From a virus: a stretch of 64,000 bases of DNA. Of this stretch, positions 29,081 to 39,727 are shown in pieces. The DNA lies in the IMG/VR virus record IMGVR_UViG_3300028584_001241. One strand, written 5' to 3'. Within the stretch, counting starts at the first letter, position 1; each line of letters begins with the position of its first letter. The notes beneath the pieces are model-generated. The model was not told the DNA's origin and did not search any database. It was given only the letters and a program-made list of their open reading frames with translations. Made by a program: the position numbers and the translations under genes.

Positions 29081-29716
29081 TTAATTTGGAGTGTTTATCA
29101 ATTTTTGTGCAATGTTATAAGATTTAACTCGCTCATCCATCGTTAATATCTTGTAATGATTTAAATCTGCATATAAATTGTTACTCAACTTTGCATCCAC
29201 TACTCTAAAAATATGTTGAACACTTACACAGTTATAATTACCATTGAGAGCATAGCGTATTTCAATATCAAAATAGATATCATCTAGTAGATAAGAAACT
29301 GATTGTTCTAGGTCTTTCGTAATAACAATCTCGGCTGATATTAGTAAATGAGATGTATAATAATCTTCCTTAGCACTGCTTCTATTCCGATCAGCTATCT
29401 CAATAGAATGATACACAGGCAAATAATCATTAACTTTCTGGATGCCATCTTGTATTTGAACATTGTTGATAGGATAGTTCAAATCAATTTTTTTATTACT
29501 AATTTCAAAAGGTATTCTTAAACTAACTAATCGCTTACTGTGATCTTCATTATGTTTTAAAGCAATCTCCATAAATATTAAATCATCACTTTTACGATTA
29601 CATGAGATATAGTTCTTGTCATCATAATAACCAGAATACCTATTATACTCTGGAAGTGTTATATCCAACTCTTTTTGTAAATCTTCCATGAGTTTATCGT
29701 AATTAACATATAACAT
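29081..29716 (-). CDS. hypothetical protein, diverged paralog of 27821/28413 lacking the MxxI tail
   Basis: LRIPF, Y.P.Y..I in the same register; ends SYNIAQKLINTPN. Confidence 0.75.
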   Translation of the reverse strand: MLYVNYDKLMEDLQKELDITLPEYNRYSGYYDDKNYISCNRKSDDLIFMEIALKHNEDHSKRLVSLRIPFEISNKKIDLNYPINNVQIQDGIQKVNDYLPVYHSIEIADRNRSSAKEDYYTSHLLISAEIVITKDLEQSVSYLLDDIYFDIEIRYALNGNYNCVSVQHIFRVVDAKLSNNLYADLNHYKILTMDERVKSYNIAQKLINTPN

Positions 29717-29725
29717 TATAACTCC

Positions 29726-30436
29726 TTAAACATTCAGCATCGGCAATAGTTTGTAATCCATTAATGCTATTTCATTGACAGGTTTATTTAACATCTTGGC
29801 GACATATTTAAAGAATTCTGTTTTAATTTCATCAATTGAATCCCATCGTTCACAAGAGAACCCAATTTTTGGGTGTTTAAATTCATATTTGTAGGTCTGT
29901 ATTACTTGACAGGTTTCCGTACACAATCCATAAAATAGGTTAATGACAAAGTGTTTATCATCATGAATATGTTCATCAAATAACCTTACTGAAAAACGAT
30001 AGTTATCTCCACACCAATAAAAATGATCTTTAACGTCTTCAATAGAGTTAACGCTGCAAACAACATCCTCACCCAGAATAAAAGCATACATAAGGCGAAA
30101 TTCATTAACAACATGGTTAAGGTGTTCAAAATCTATTTTGGGTGCTGATGGAAAAATCTCAAAGAACTGATTAAATGCATTTTCTGATTTGATTTCAATA
30201 TCAATATAATTTGTATCCTTATTATAAGTTCCCATAAAATAAGAACCATAAAAAGGTTTTTCTGGTATATCGTAACTCAAAACAACTTCATATTCATTCG
30301 AATAAAAATCTGATGGAATAGATAAATTAACCATTTTGTCAAATACTGGTTTTATTTTTTCCATTGTTTGCTTGCTTCGAAGATCAGATTCTTCGATCAT
30401 TTTCATCATTGCGGCTTCATCATATTCCATAATCAT
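29726..30436 (-). CDS. hypothetical protein, paralog of 32525-33208; MxxV tail
   Basis: YI.IE.KS..AF...E.FP....ID...LN...F...Y.F..G; ends YKLLPMLNV. Confidence 0.85.
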   Translation of the reverse strand: MIMEYDEAAMMKMIEESDLRSKQTMEKIKPVFDKMVNLSIPSDFYSNEYEVVLSYDIPEKPFYGSYFMGTYNKDTNYIDIEIKSENAFNQFFEIFPSAPKIDFEHLNHVVNEFRLMYAFILGEDVVCSVNSIEDVKDHFYWCGDNYRFSVRLFDEHIHDDKHFVINLFYGLCTETCQVIQTYKYEFKHPKIGFSCERWDSIDEIKTEFFKYVAKMLNKPVNEIALMDYKLLPMLNV

Positions 30437-30576
30437 TAACTCTCAATAGTTTACTGATAATAATTTTTCGAAAATTATTATTAAATTCTAACGATTATAT
30501 CAAATAAATTCTAAAAGAACAACAAAAAACAGCCCGCTGGCTGTTATATTTGTTAAGTCATAATATTCATTTAATT

Positions 30577-32430
30577 TTAAGGATTTCTACAAAAGTTTTT
30601 ATCAAGATAATACAAACTAAAAATCATCATAATAACTTGATCATAACTCCCGGCTTCAAGTTTTCCGCATTTAATTAAATCAATCATATTCAGTATTTTC
30701 GCCTGATCAAAACAATGGCTATTAAGAATGGTCGAAGAGTGAACCACATCCATTAAGTGTTCATACACAAACTTACTGTTCTGCCAGTTAAACAAAGGTG
30801 GAGAAATAAACGGTTGTTTCTCTTGGTTGTAAATAGTATCAGTGATAAAAGGTTTCATCGCTTCTTTGAGTATATACTTCTCTTGACCCATGTGAATTTT
30901 TTGGTCAAGCGGAATGGTTCTGGCAAAGTTATAGAATTCTCTGTCTAAGAATGGAATACGACCTTCAATGGTGTGAGCCATCTCAACTTTGTCACATAAA
31001 GCATTGAGCACATAGTTACTCATGCCTATTTTACTCCACAGAATGCTGGAATTAAAGACGGGTTTATTATTTTTGGATAACTCATACAGACGAATAATGT
31101 AACTGGCTGGATCATGGTTTACATAATGGGCCAAGTAATCATCACGTAACGTATGAGTATGCATTTTGAACCCTAATGCATATTTTGTTTTTAAGAAAGT
31201 TGGGACGAACCCCAGCTCCTTTTCTATTTTACGAGTATCTAAAAGCTCAGAAAGGTTTTCTAAGCCTGAATATTTATTGTTTTCCATATTCAAGCCATAA
31301 CCCATGTCCATCTTGAAATGAGGATAACCTAATAAGATTTCATCAGCACCCTCACCACTGAGTGATACTTTACATCCATCATCTGCCATTTTCTTAAACA
31401 GTAAGTATTTTGAAGCCACATGCATATTCATAGAAACGTTTTCTGAGTGATACAATGACTTTTCTAGGTTCTGTAACAAGATATTCTCATCAACTTCAAT
31501 CGCATTGAAATTAGCTGAATAACGTAATGCCATTTCTTCTGCAGCTTTTAACTCATCATAATCGTGACCATTTTTAAAACTAATAGTATAAGCATTAAGA
31601 TTTGGTCTACATTCAGATGCAAGAGCTAATACAGAAGCGGAGTCAATGCCACCACTGAGAGCAATCCCTGTTTTTTTGGTTGTTTCAATTCGTCTTCTGA
31701 CACTATTTCTCAGTGTGGATAACAAGATTATTTTGTTTTCTTCGAAGGTGTTTGTATTCTCTTCAAAACTCATATTAAAATAGGTTATTTCTGAGAATGT
31801 TCGTTTGTTTACATCAATCAGCAATACGGTACCGGGTTGAACTTGTTTAACTTCATCAAATAAGGTGTTGTATGTATCATGGTATTGCATAGACAAGACA
31901 CTGTATAATGAGTTAGGATCAAACGCCAAGCTGTGTAAAGCTAAGAATCCTTTGATTTCAGAGGAAACATAGACGTTCTCGTTATGTCTATAAATATAGA
32001 GTGGTTTGATACCAAAAGAATCACGGCCAAGGTAGACTTTATTTTTAATGCTGTCATACAAAAAGAATGAAAACTCACCATTAAGCTTCCCATTTTCCAA
32101 ATACTTAAAAAGTAATCCTCGTTGGTAGAGCTGAATAATCATTTCTGAGTCTGAATTGGTTTGAAAGTTCATGTTGAATTCTTTTATGATGTCTTGATAA
32201 TCATAAAATTCACCGTTTACAGCGGCAAAGATGGTTCGTTCTTGATTTGATACAGGTTGTCTAGTTTTATCGCCCGTAATACTTAATAGATTGTGTCCGA
32301 TGCCCACATAGTCAGTCATCATATAACCACTGTCATCTTCGCCACGATGACCAATAAGTCGTAATCCTTTTTTTATAAAATGCTTGTCTGTTTGTTTATC
32401 AAATGATATTTGACCTATAATTCCGCTCAT
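30577..32430 (-). CDS. asnB: asparagine synthetase B-like amidotransferase with Ser in place of the N-terminal catalytic Cys
   Basis: VNGEFY, RD.FGIKPLY, LSGGIDS PP-loop, LSGEGADE, EGRIPFLD; begins MSGIIG (ATG AGC GGA). Confidence 0.88.
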   Translation of the reverse strand: MSGIIGQISFDKQTDKHFIKKGLRLIGHRGEDDSGYMMTDYVGIGHNLLSITGDKTRQPVSNQERTIFAAVNGEFYDYQDIIKEFNMNFQTNSDSEMIIQLYQRGLLFKYLENGKLNGEFSFFLYDSIKNKVYLGRDSFGIKPLYIYRHNENVYVSSEIKGFLALHSLAFDPNSLYSVLSMQYHDTYNTLFDEVKQVQPGTVLLIDVNKRTFSEITYFNMSFEENTNTFEENKIILLSTLRNSVRRRIETTKKTGIALSGGIDSASVLALASECRPNLNAYTISFKNGHDYDELKAAEEMALRYSANFNAIEVDENILLQNLEKSLYHSENVSMNMHVASKYLLFKKMADDGCKVSLSGEGADEILLGYPHFKMDMGYGLNMENNKYSGLENLSELLDTRKIEKELGFVPTFLKTKYALGFKMHTHTLRDDYLAHYVNHDPASYIIRLYELSKNNKPVFNSSILWSKIGMSNYVLNALCDKVEMAHTIEGRIPFLDREFYNFARTIPLDQKIHMGQEKYILKEAMKPFITDTIYNQEKQPFISPPLFNWQNSKFVYEHLMDVVHSSTILNSHCFDQAKILNMIDLIKCGKLEAGSYDQVIMMIFSLYYLDKNFCRNP

Positions 32431-32524
32431 ATTTAGATATCCTTTATAGTTTAGAAAGTTTTTTACTCGATTTGATTAAACTATAACATCAATAAAAAAA
32501 AAGAGAATAACCAAAAGTCGTTCT

Positions 32525-33208
32525 TTAAATATTTAACATCCTTAAAATCTTATAATGCTCAAACGTTAGTTCAGACATATCAATGCCCAGTTTACCTGTA
32601 ATATAGCGTTTAATGAATTCAGTCTCAAAGTCTTCAAACTCTTTTCGTCTAATGGCATTTTTATCTTGATGAGAATACTGACCAACGGAGTAGTTATAAG
32701 ATACATGATCACGTAACACAATAGGATTAGTATCTATACCGATACCCATACCTACCGAAAAATGTGAATAGGGCTGCTCTCGTTCAGCAACAAGGTGGTT
32801 ATAATTTGGCCCATCGTAAATATGACAACTTATTAAATCATCCATTGTATAAACATTTTTAACATTAAGGTTTCGACCAAAAGCAAAAGTATATAAAAAT
32901 TTAAAACGATTAATATTTTCATTCAATTTTTTGTAGTCAATAGGTGTGGATTGCGGAAACAATTCATATAATTTATAAAAAGCTTGCTTACTTTTTAATT
33001 CAATGCTGATATAATCCGCATGATAATACCCTAAGAAACTAACCCCAGCAAAACGACCTTCACTGATATTCACATCATACCGAGCACCTAAATACTCAAT
33101 ATTCACAATGGCTTCTTCTGACATATAGGGAAGTAAGGCTTCCCTAAATATCTCGATATATTCTACATCATCGGGTTCATCTTCATCATAAATTTCATTT
33201 ACAATCAT
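32525..33208 (-). CDS. hypothetical protein, paralog of 29726-30436; MxxI tail
   Basis: Start moved to MIVNEIY (ATG 33208, 1 nt after the upstream stop); ends YKILRMLNI. Confidence 0.8.
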   Translation of the reverse strand: MIVNEIYDEDEPDDVEYIEIFREALLPYMSEEAIVNIEYLGARYDVNISEGRFAGVSFLGYYHADYISIELKSKQAFYKLYELFPQSTPIDYKKLNENINRFKFLYTFAFGRNLNVKNVYTMDDLISCHIYDGPNYNHLVAEREQPYSHFSVGMGIGIDTNPIVLRDHVSYNYSVGQYSHQDKNAIRRKEFEDFETEFIKRYITGKLGIDMSELTFEHYKILRMLNI

Positions 33209-33209
33209 A

Positions 33210-34148
33210 TTATTCTTCTTTTTTGAAATAAGTCTTTTCTTCATAAAAAATACTGTTTATAAAGTCATCTTGACTGATCATCATGTCTAAATGCTTTTGA
33301 GAAGTTGTGTAAACACCATTTTTAATTTCTTCCATAACCTGTTCAGAGACATCAAAATAAATTTGTGAATAGTCAGAAGATGAAAGATCAGGTCCATGTT
33401 GTTTAACATGTTCGGCCCTAAGTTTTGCCCCAAGTTCATTGACACGACTACGTTTGTAGAGGCTTGATAAACGTTGAGTTTCATCAGGTAATTCAGTGAT
33501 AAGATCCAGTTCAGTAATATCATAAAAATCTACTTTTAAAGGGATATTATACATGGCCTCAGATACGTTTGATAAACCATTTAAAACGCGATTCCATGTA
33601 TGATTACGGTGACTCCATGCTTTGGTTGTCACCTCATCTGGTTTATCTGTGCCATCGTAATACTCATAATCCTTCAAAATTTTAAGTCGTTCATTGATAC
33701 GTTCAAATTCTTTTGCAACTGAGCCTGAAATAGCAAAGTAATAAAGGGTCACATGGCCCACTGTCTTAAAATATATTTTTTCTGAATGAACACTGTGCAT
33801 ATTACGAATATTATGTTCTGACATAAATCCAATAATATCTTTTGCAAAGTCAAATAAAGAACCTTCTTTTCTTTTAAACCTTTGACGAACTTGCAGTTCG
33901 AATGCTTTGTTGTTCAATTCGTGATTGGTTGATTGAAGGTAAGCTAAATAAGATTCATGACGTTGTGTACAATCTGATTTTTGATTCCAGTTATAATTAA
34001 CAATAGGAGACACTAAAGACGCTATATTTGACACTAACGTTTTCTTTAAAATCTGATTAAAAATGACACGAAGTTGTTCATTAACCTTGTTAACCTTTTT
34101 AGAGTTAGAGGTTTCAAGTATGTAACCATTTGAAATACATGTTGACAT
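33210..34148 (-). CDS. hypothetical protein, paralog of 34210-35151
   Basis: Shared MST.I...Y, YF.TVG..T.Y.F, Y.Y...TD.PD.....AW..R...W..V. Confidence 0.85.
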   Translation of the reverse strand: MSTCISNGYILETSNSKKVNKVNEQLRVIFNQILKKTLVSNIASLVSPIVNYNWNQKSDCTQRHESYLAYLQSTNHELNNKAFELQVRQRFKRKEGSLFDFAKDIIGFMSEHNIRNMHSVHSEKIYFKTVGHVTLYYFAISGSVAKEFERINERLKILKDYEYYDGTDKPDEVTTKAWSHRNHTWNRVLNGLSNVSEAMYNIPLKVDFYDITELDLITELPDETQRLSSLYKRSRVNELGAKLRAEHVKQHGPDLSSSDYSQIYFDVSEQVMEEIKNGVYTTSQKHLDMMISQDDFINSIFYEEKTYFKKEE

Positions 34149-34209
34149 TTAGCTCTCCTAATTTACCTGTAATTATACATCTTTTACCTTAAAAAATAAA
34201 TTAAAATTA

Positions 34210-35151
34210 TTATTCATCGGTATTGGTAACCGACTTTTTAATTTTTTCATAAAACATAGACTTCAAAATCTTATCTCGTGTTAACTCACTGGATTCAAAA
34301 TCTGGATAAGCAATGAACGCGGTTCCATCTTTTAACTCTTCACGAATACGAGCCAGTGATGCACTATAAATCTTGCTTTCACTTCGCTTACCTGTTGCTT
34401 TAAACATCTTTTCAGCTTCTTCTTCAAAATAGATTTCTGACTTCAATTCATTATAATAGCGTTTAAACAACGAAAAGTCATCAGGCACATAATCAATACA
34501 CTTCTCATATTCTGTTAAATGATAAGGTGCAATTTCAATATCAATTTTATTCATGTCATCTGAGGGTTTAGACCCAAATACTTTGTCCCACTTATTGCCA
34601 CGACCATTCCATGCAGCGTGACCTATATCGTCAGGACCATCGGTATTATTCCAATAATCATACGTGGTAAACTTTTCTGGCATGTAGGTTTCAAAATCCG
34701 TTCTGAATTCATGCAGCAGATCACTGTCACTGGATGTGAAAAGATAATAGGTGTATTCACCTACTGTTCTGAAATAAACAGTCACTTTATGGTTCAATTT
34801 GATATTGAGATTAAATTTAGCCGCTTCTGTTGTCATTTCAACAAAAAATTTATGAAATTTTACATCTGAATAGATACGAGGATTGACGATTGACTTTAAA
34901 AAATTAAGTTGTTCTTTAGATGATTCAAAGTTGCTATATTCCAAGAATTCATGAACAGTATCCACACTGTTAGAGCTTTCAGGATTAGCTAAAAGATAAA
35001 ATTTATACTCGATAAACATATCCGTCATTGTTTGATAAAGAGATGATTTAAGCTTTTTAGTCATTACTTCACGAATATATGTATTATTTTTTTCAACAGT
35101 AGACGCTCTGTTCGATTTAAAACGATAAGCGTGATAGATGACAGTTGACAT
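34210..35151 (-). CDS. hypothetical protein, paralog of 33210-34148
   Basis: YDYWNNTDGPDDIGHAAWNGRGNKWDKVF motif; AGGAG RBS. Confidence 0.85.
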   Translation of the reverse strand: MSTVIYHAYRFKSNRASTVEKNNTYIREVMTKKLKSSLYQTMTDMFIEYKFYLLANPESSNSVDTVHEFLEYSNFESSKEQLNFLKSIVNPRIYSDVKFHKFFVEMTTEAAKFNLNIKLNHKVTVYFRTVGEYTYYLFTSSDSDLLHEFRTDFETYMPEKFTTYDYWNNTDGPDDIGHAAWNGRGNKWDKVFGSKPSDDMNKIDIEIAPYHLTEYEKCIDYVPDDFSLFKRYYNELKSEIYFEEEAEKMFKATGKRSESKIYSASLARIREELKDGTAFIAYPDFESSELTRDKILKSMFYEKIKKSVTNTDE

Positions 35152-35229
35152 AAAGATCTCCTAAATTTTGACTATGATATCAAAAATGATAGGTATTTGT
35201 CAACAAAAAAGGCTCTTTCGAGCCTTTAA

Positions 35230-36240
35230 TTATTTGAGTTTTGAAATGCTTATTGCCAAATCAAGCATTCTGTTTGAAAATCCCCACTCATTGTCATACC
35301 AAGCAAAAACTTTCACCATACCATCATGAACAATAGTTTGAGTTGAATCATAAATACTTGAATGTCTATCGTGGTTAAAATCAACAGACACTAAGGGTTC
35401 ATCATTATAACCCAGCACGCCATTGAACACACCTTTTTCAACTTCTACTTTAAATAGATTGTTGACGGCTTCTGCAGTGACATCTTTATTAACATTGCAA
35501 GTAAAGTCAACCAATGAAACGTTCGGTGTTGGCACACGAACAGACAGACCATTAATTTTGCCTTTAAGCTCTGGAATGATTAATCCAATTGCTTTGGCAG
35601 CACCTGTTTTTGATGGAATCATTGAAAGTGCCGCCGCTCTTGCTCTGTAAAGATCACTATGGTCAGTATCGACTAAACGTTGGTCACCTGTGTAAGAATG
35701 AATAGTGGTCATTAAACCATTTTTAATGTCAAATTCTCTATGAATAAGAGCAACAATAGGTGCTAGGCAGTTAGTGGTGCAGGATGCATTTGAAATAATT
35801 TTATCACTGGAAACCAATGAAGATTCATTCACACCCCATACAACAGTTCTATCAGCTCCATCACATGGTGCTGAAACAACAACACGTTTTGCCCCTGCGA
35901 TTAAATGGTCAGATGCTGTTTCATGTTTGGTGTATTTACCTGTACAATCAAATACGATATCAACATCAAGCTCAGCCCAAGGCAAAAGTTTAGCATCTTT
36001 AATGGATGTGTATTTCATTGTGTGATTGTTAATCTGAATGGTGTTGTCTTGATTTGTTACAATTTTATCGAATATTTTATGAATGCTATCGTATTTAAGT
36101 AAATGAACAGCGTGTTCAATAGGTGATAGATCATTAATGGCTACAATTTGAATTGAACTTCTGTAGTGTGGGTGCTCATGAAAGGCTCTTAAAACGTTTC
36201 TACCAATTCTACCAAATCCATTAATTGCTACTTTTATCAT
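35230..36240 (-). CDS. gap: type I glyceraldehyde-3-phosphate dehydrogenase
   Basis: INGFGRIGR, SNASCTTNCLAP, HSYTGDQ, RARAAALSMIP, WYDNEWGFS. Confidence 0.95.
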   Translation of the reverse strand: MIKVAINGFGRIGRNVLRAFHEHPHYRSSIQIVAINDLSPIEHAVHLLKYDSIHKIFDKIVTNQDNTIQINNHTMKYTSIKDAKLLPWAELDVDIVFDCTGKYTKHETASDHLIAGAKRVVVSAPCDGADRTVVWGVNESSLVSSDKIISNASCTTNCLAPIVALIHREFDIKNGLMTTIHSYTGDQRLVDTDHSDLYRARAAALSMIPSKTGAAKAIGLIIPELKGKINGLSVRVPTPNVSLVDFTCNVNKDVTAEAVNNLFKVEVEKGVFNGVLGYNDEPLVSVDFNHDRHSSIYDSTQTIVHDGMVKVFAWYDNEWGFSNRMLDLAISISKLK

Positions 36241-36442
36241 ATTTTGTCTCCTTATGTATAAACTATCTCTAAGTATAGAGGTTTTGATAGAAAAAACAAA
36301 TAATTTTTTTAATATTAGAAAATTGATATTATTTTAAAGTTAAATTGATATTCTTTTCAAGGAAAAATAAAAAAAATAATCATTTTATTTTAATAACAGA
36401 TGTGGTAAACTGATGATTATAAACGCTAATAAGGAAGACTTT

Positions 36443-37417
36443 ATGTACATAGAAATTGGATTGCTCATTTTGGCCTCTATCTTTGTTGTAATCATTTCAG
36501 GACTTTTTGCACTTGTCGAATCATCTATCATTATCATGGATGACATAAAACTACACATATTTATGAACAGAGAAGATGTACCAGAAAAAACAAAGAAACG
36601 TGTCGAAAAAATAATGAATAAGAAAGACTGGCATATTACAGCAATGGTGGTGGCGATCACATTCAGTAGTATTTTAGGTAGTTCGCTACTGGGTGCCATG
36701 TCAGCAAAATACTTGCCACAAGAATACATTATTATGTTTACGGCTGCACTCACTTACTTTATGCTTGTTTTTGCAAGAACACTACCCAAGATTATTGCTA
36801 ACTACAACTATGAAAGAATTTTGATTAAATTAAGCTGGGTTGCTCGTGGTTCATACTTTGTCAACTACCCATTTATCCTATTGACTTACATGTGGGTTAA
36901 GATATTCAAACTTGAATCAAAAAGACTCATGAGCTTGAATGAATTGAAAATGATTATTAAACACTACAGAAAAAATGGTATTATTGATAAAGCTGAACAA
37001 AAGATGTTGGAAAAGATTTTCAGTATTAAACAAGCTAAAATTGGTGATGTGATTGATAAACACTTCCACCCAGTTATCATGGATTATAATGAATCAGTGT
37101 TAACGTATCGTTCTGCATTTGAAGACGTTAACAACAAACGTTTCTTTGTGATGCACAATGATCAAATGGTTGGAATTGTATTCTATCGTGATGTCGCTCC
37201 TGAGTTTGTGAAAGGTGGAACAACAGCGAAAGTATCAGATTTTACAAGACCTGCCATCATTCTTGAAACAGATGATAACTTGATGGATGTTATTGTAGAA
37301 TTAAAAGAAAACAACACCGCTTTGGGTATTGTGGTTGATCAGGAAACAAAAACGCCGATAAGCACCATTACAATGAAGCAAATATACAGTCATATTCTCA
37401 GTAACGACGAAACATAA
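36443..37417 (+). CDS. CNNM/DUF21 transmembrane domain protein with CBS domains
   Basis: ISGLFALVESS, FARTLPKIIA, degenerate CBS pair; start moved to ATG 36443 behind AAGGA. Confidence 0.85.
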   Translation: MYIEIGLLILASIFVVIISGLFALVESSIIIMDDIKLHIFMNREDVPEKTKKRVEKIMNKKDWHITAMVVAITFSSILGSSLLGAMSAKYLPQEYIIMFTAALTYFMLVFARTLPKIIANYNYERILIKLSWVARGSYFVNYPFILLTYMWVKIFKLESKRLMSLNELKMIIKHYRKNGIIDKAEQKMLEKIFSIKQAKIGDVIDKHFHPVIMDYNESVLTYRSAFEDVNNKRFFVMHNDQMVGIVFYRDVAPEFVKGGTTAKVSDFTRPAIILETDDNLMDVIVELKENNTALGIVVDQETKTPISTITMKQIYSHILSNDET

Positions 37418-37457
37418 GAAAGCCCGAAAGGGCTTTTTTCTTGTCTATCAAATAGAT

Positions 37458-38231
37458 TTAAATTAAAATCATCTTTGTTAAGTAAACAAAATTCTTAATG
37501 CCTTCACGACCCACTTCTGAATACACATCTTGAACATCTCGTAGAGAGTTGAAACACCCCAGAAAATTTTCAGCTAATTCAGTTGAATATTTATATTTGG
37601 TATGGTTCTTATATTGCTTATCAGAAAATAGCATGTTGTATCGCTTTGCACCATGTGGGTGTGTTTCCATCACTTCTTTTGATTTCATGTTTATCGTAAA
37701 GTAATAGTTAACTAAATCAAATGTGAAACCAGTACCACTTTTAACCAAGGAATTTTTTTGCACATAGACCGTAATACTCTTAGGCTTATCAGAACCACCA
37801 GCATAACCTATATCCACTTTTATCATCGAGTCTACATAGGCTGTATTATACAGAACGCTTCTTTTTCGCTCTCTTTGTCCATCCCCCATCCCTAATGACT
37901 TACCTTCATAAAATTTATAAACAATCGTTGGAATAAAGCTACTGAAAAATTGATATTCCGTATACACTTCTTTGGATCTCTCATAAGAGCTTAATGTGAG
38001 CACCTTATTAATATTTGATTTACCAAAATAATAAATGATGTCATATAAGCAAATGGTTATCATTTCATAGTCATTTTGGTCTAAATATTCAATCGACATA
38101 ATGCTCATGTTATTTATTAAGGGCGTAATAAATGAACCTATTTTTATTTTTTCTAAATCCGTAAATTTAGTTTTTTCTAAAATCAACTGAATATTCATGG
38201 TTTCTCCATTTTTCTCACCATACATTATCAT
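37458..38231 (-). CDS. hypothetical protein; MxxI tail
   Basis: Ends YLTKMILI. Confidence 0.75.
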   Translation of the reverse strand: MIMYGEKNGETMNIQLILEKTKFTDLEKIKIGSFITPLINNMSIMSIEYLDQNDYEMITICLYDIIYYFGKSNINKVLTLSSYERSKEVYTEYQFFSSFIPTIVYKFYEGKSLGMGDGQRERKRSVLYNTAYVDSMIKVDIGYAGGSDKPKSITVYVQKNSLVKSGTGFTFDLVNYYFTINMKSKEVMETHPHGAKRYNMLFSDKQYKNHTKYKYSTELAENFLGCFNSLRDVQDVYSEVGREGIKNFVYLTKMILI

Positions 38232-38293
38232 TATTTTATTGTAATTTCAAGATAAAGGTGATAATATAGACGATACTTATTTTAGGAGGTTCT

Positions 38294-38845
38294 ATGGGAA
38301 CTCGACATTTAGTCTGCGTCTATGCAAATAAAAGGTTTCAAGCTGCACAATATGGTCAATTTGATGGTTATCCGGGTGGTGCTGGAGTAGAAATTTTAGA
38401 ATTTATTCGTGGACTTAATCCAAAAGCTCTGGCTGCCTTCAAGAAAAAATTAAGAAATGTCCGTTTATACAGTTCTGATGAATTTAAAGAACGCGATCTT
38501 TATGATAAAGAAGGTTATGAGCAACCTTCTGGTTCGAAAGTATTAGAGAGTATTTTTAACTCCGAATCGGAAATTCATCTTATCAACAGTGCATCATTCG
38601 CGGGTGACTCTCTGTTTTGTGAGTGGGCCTATGTGTTAAATTTAGACAACAACACATTTAACGTTTATGAAGGATTTGTTGAAAAAGAAAGTGAGTCTGC
38701 TGAAATATTCTTGAAATATAAACAACTTCCTGACCATCGTTCAACCCAATACTACCCTGTAAAATTATCGGCATCATATGGTCTAGAAAACTTGCCAGAA
38801 CCCGAAGATTTTGTAGAACGATTTAATGATGACGAAGATGAATAA
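38294..38845 (+). CDS. hypothetical protein of the MGTR...Y.Q.DGYP type common in phages
   Basis: MGTRHL...QYGQFDGYPGGAG; CEWAYVLNLD. Confidence 0.8.
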   Translation: MGTRHLVCVYANKRFQAAQYGQFDGYPGGAGVEILEFIRGLNPKALAAFKKKLRNVRLYSSDEFKERDLYDKEGYEQPSGSKVLESIFNSESEIHLINSASFAGDSLFCEWAYVLNLDNNTFNVYEGFVEKESESAEIFLKYKQLPDHRSTQYYPVKLSASYGLENLPEPEDFVERFNDDEDE

Positions 38846-38868
38846 ATCAAAGCGAATAGGAGCTTAAA

Positions 38869-39684
38869 ATGTATTATAAGCATGTAAAAGAAAAGTTTGA
38901 ACTGAGTTACACTGAAGGTTTTCATAAGTTCGATGGTGTTCTTATGGTCATCAATATGGAAACGACCCAATCAGTAGACGATATAATGAATGGCGACCAT
39001 ATAGGATTCCTTGAAAATGAGACTTGTTTTTCATGGGATGGAGCAATGTTCTGGTTTAAACGCGGGCTGGGTGAAAAGTTCTTGGCATTCGCAGATAAAT
39101 GGTTTGAAGAAAACTATGAAGATCTGACTGATGACATGAATGATGATGGGCTTTCTAATATATTGTTATATGCACATACCAAGACAGGTATGGTCTTTGT
39201 TGATACACAACGAGACATGAATTCTGTTATTGATACAATTGTTAATGAATTTTTAAAACTAGAAAACGTCGATGATAGCGATATGTCAACGTTTTTCGCC
39301 TACGATGATTGTCATTTGATTGATAACTTACACTTTGGAAGAGACATGAATACACATGGTAATCAAGTTTTGTATTTCTTGTACCAAGAAGGATTTTTAG
39401 ACGAAAGTATTTTATTTAATAGTTTCCTCAATGATTACCATCCTAACATTGGTTATTCAGTGGCTATTGTGGGTGAATTCTGTATGGAAGAAGATCAAGT
39501 TAAAGAAGCAATTCAATGTTGTGAAGCCTTAACGCTACTTGATGTGCCAAATAAGAATACATGGTTATGGATCGGTGATAATGTATCAGAAGAAGACTTA
39601 GAGAGCTTAAAAGCCAATTATAAGCTGATTTCACCTATTGCAGATGTGGTCAAAAAAGTATTTGAAGAAAGTTTTAATTACTAA
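38869..39684 (+). CDS. hypothetical acidic protein
   Basis: 271-aa ORF with AGGAG RBS. Confidence 0.8.
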   Translation: MYYKHVKEKFELSYTEGFHKFDGVLMVINMETTQSVDDIMNGDHIGFLENETCFSWDGAMFWFKRGLGEKFLAFADKWFEENYEDLTDDMNDDGLSNILLYAHTKTGMVFVDTQRDMNSVIDTIVNEFLKLENVDDSDMSTFFAYDDCHLIDNLHFGRDMNTHGNQVLYFLYQEGFLDESILFNSFLNDYHPNIGYSVAIVGEFCMEEDQVKEAIQCCEALTLLDVPNKNTWLWIGDNVSEEDLESLKANYKLISPIADVVKKVFEESFNY

Positions 39685-39727
39685 AAAAAGTAAAATAAAA
39701 AGAGCTTTTATAAGCTCTTTTTTATTA

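Noticed and set aside
35230-36240. Erythrose-4-phosphate dehydrogenase (epd) call
   Set aside because: HSYTGDQ and RARAAALSMIP match GAPDH better than the Epd signatures as I recall them; no phylogeny was run.
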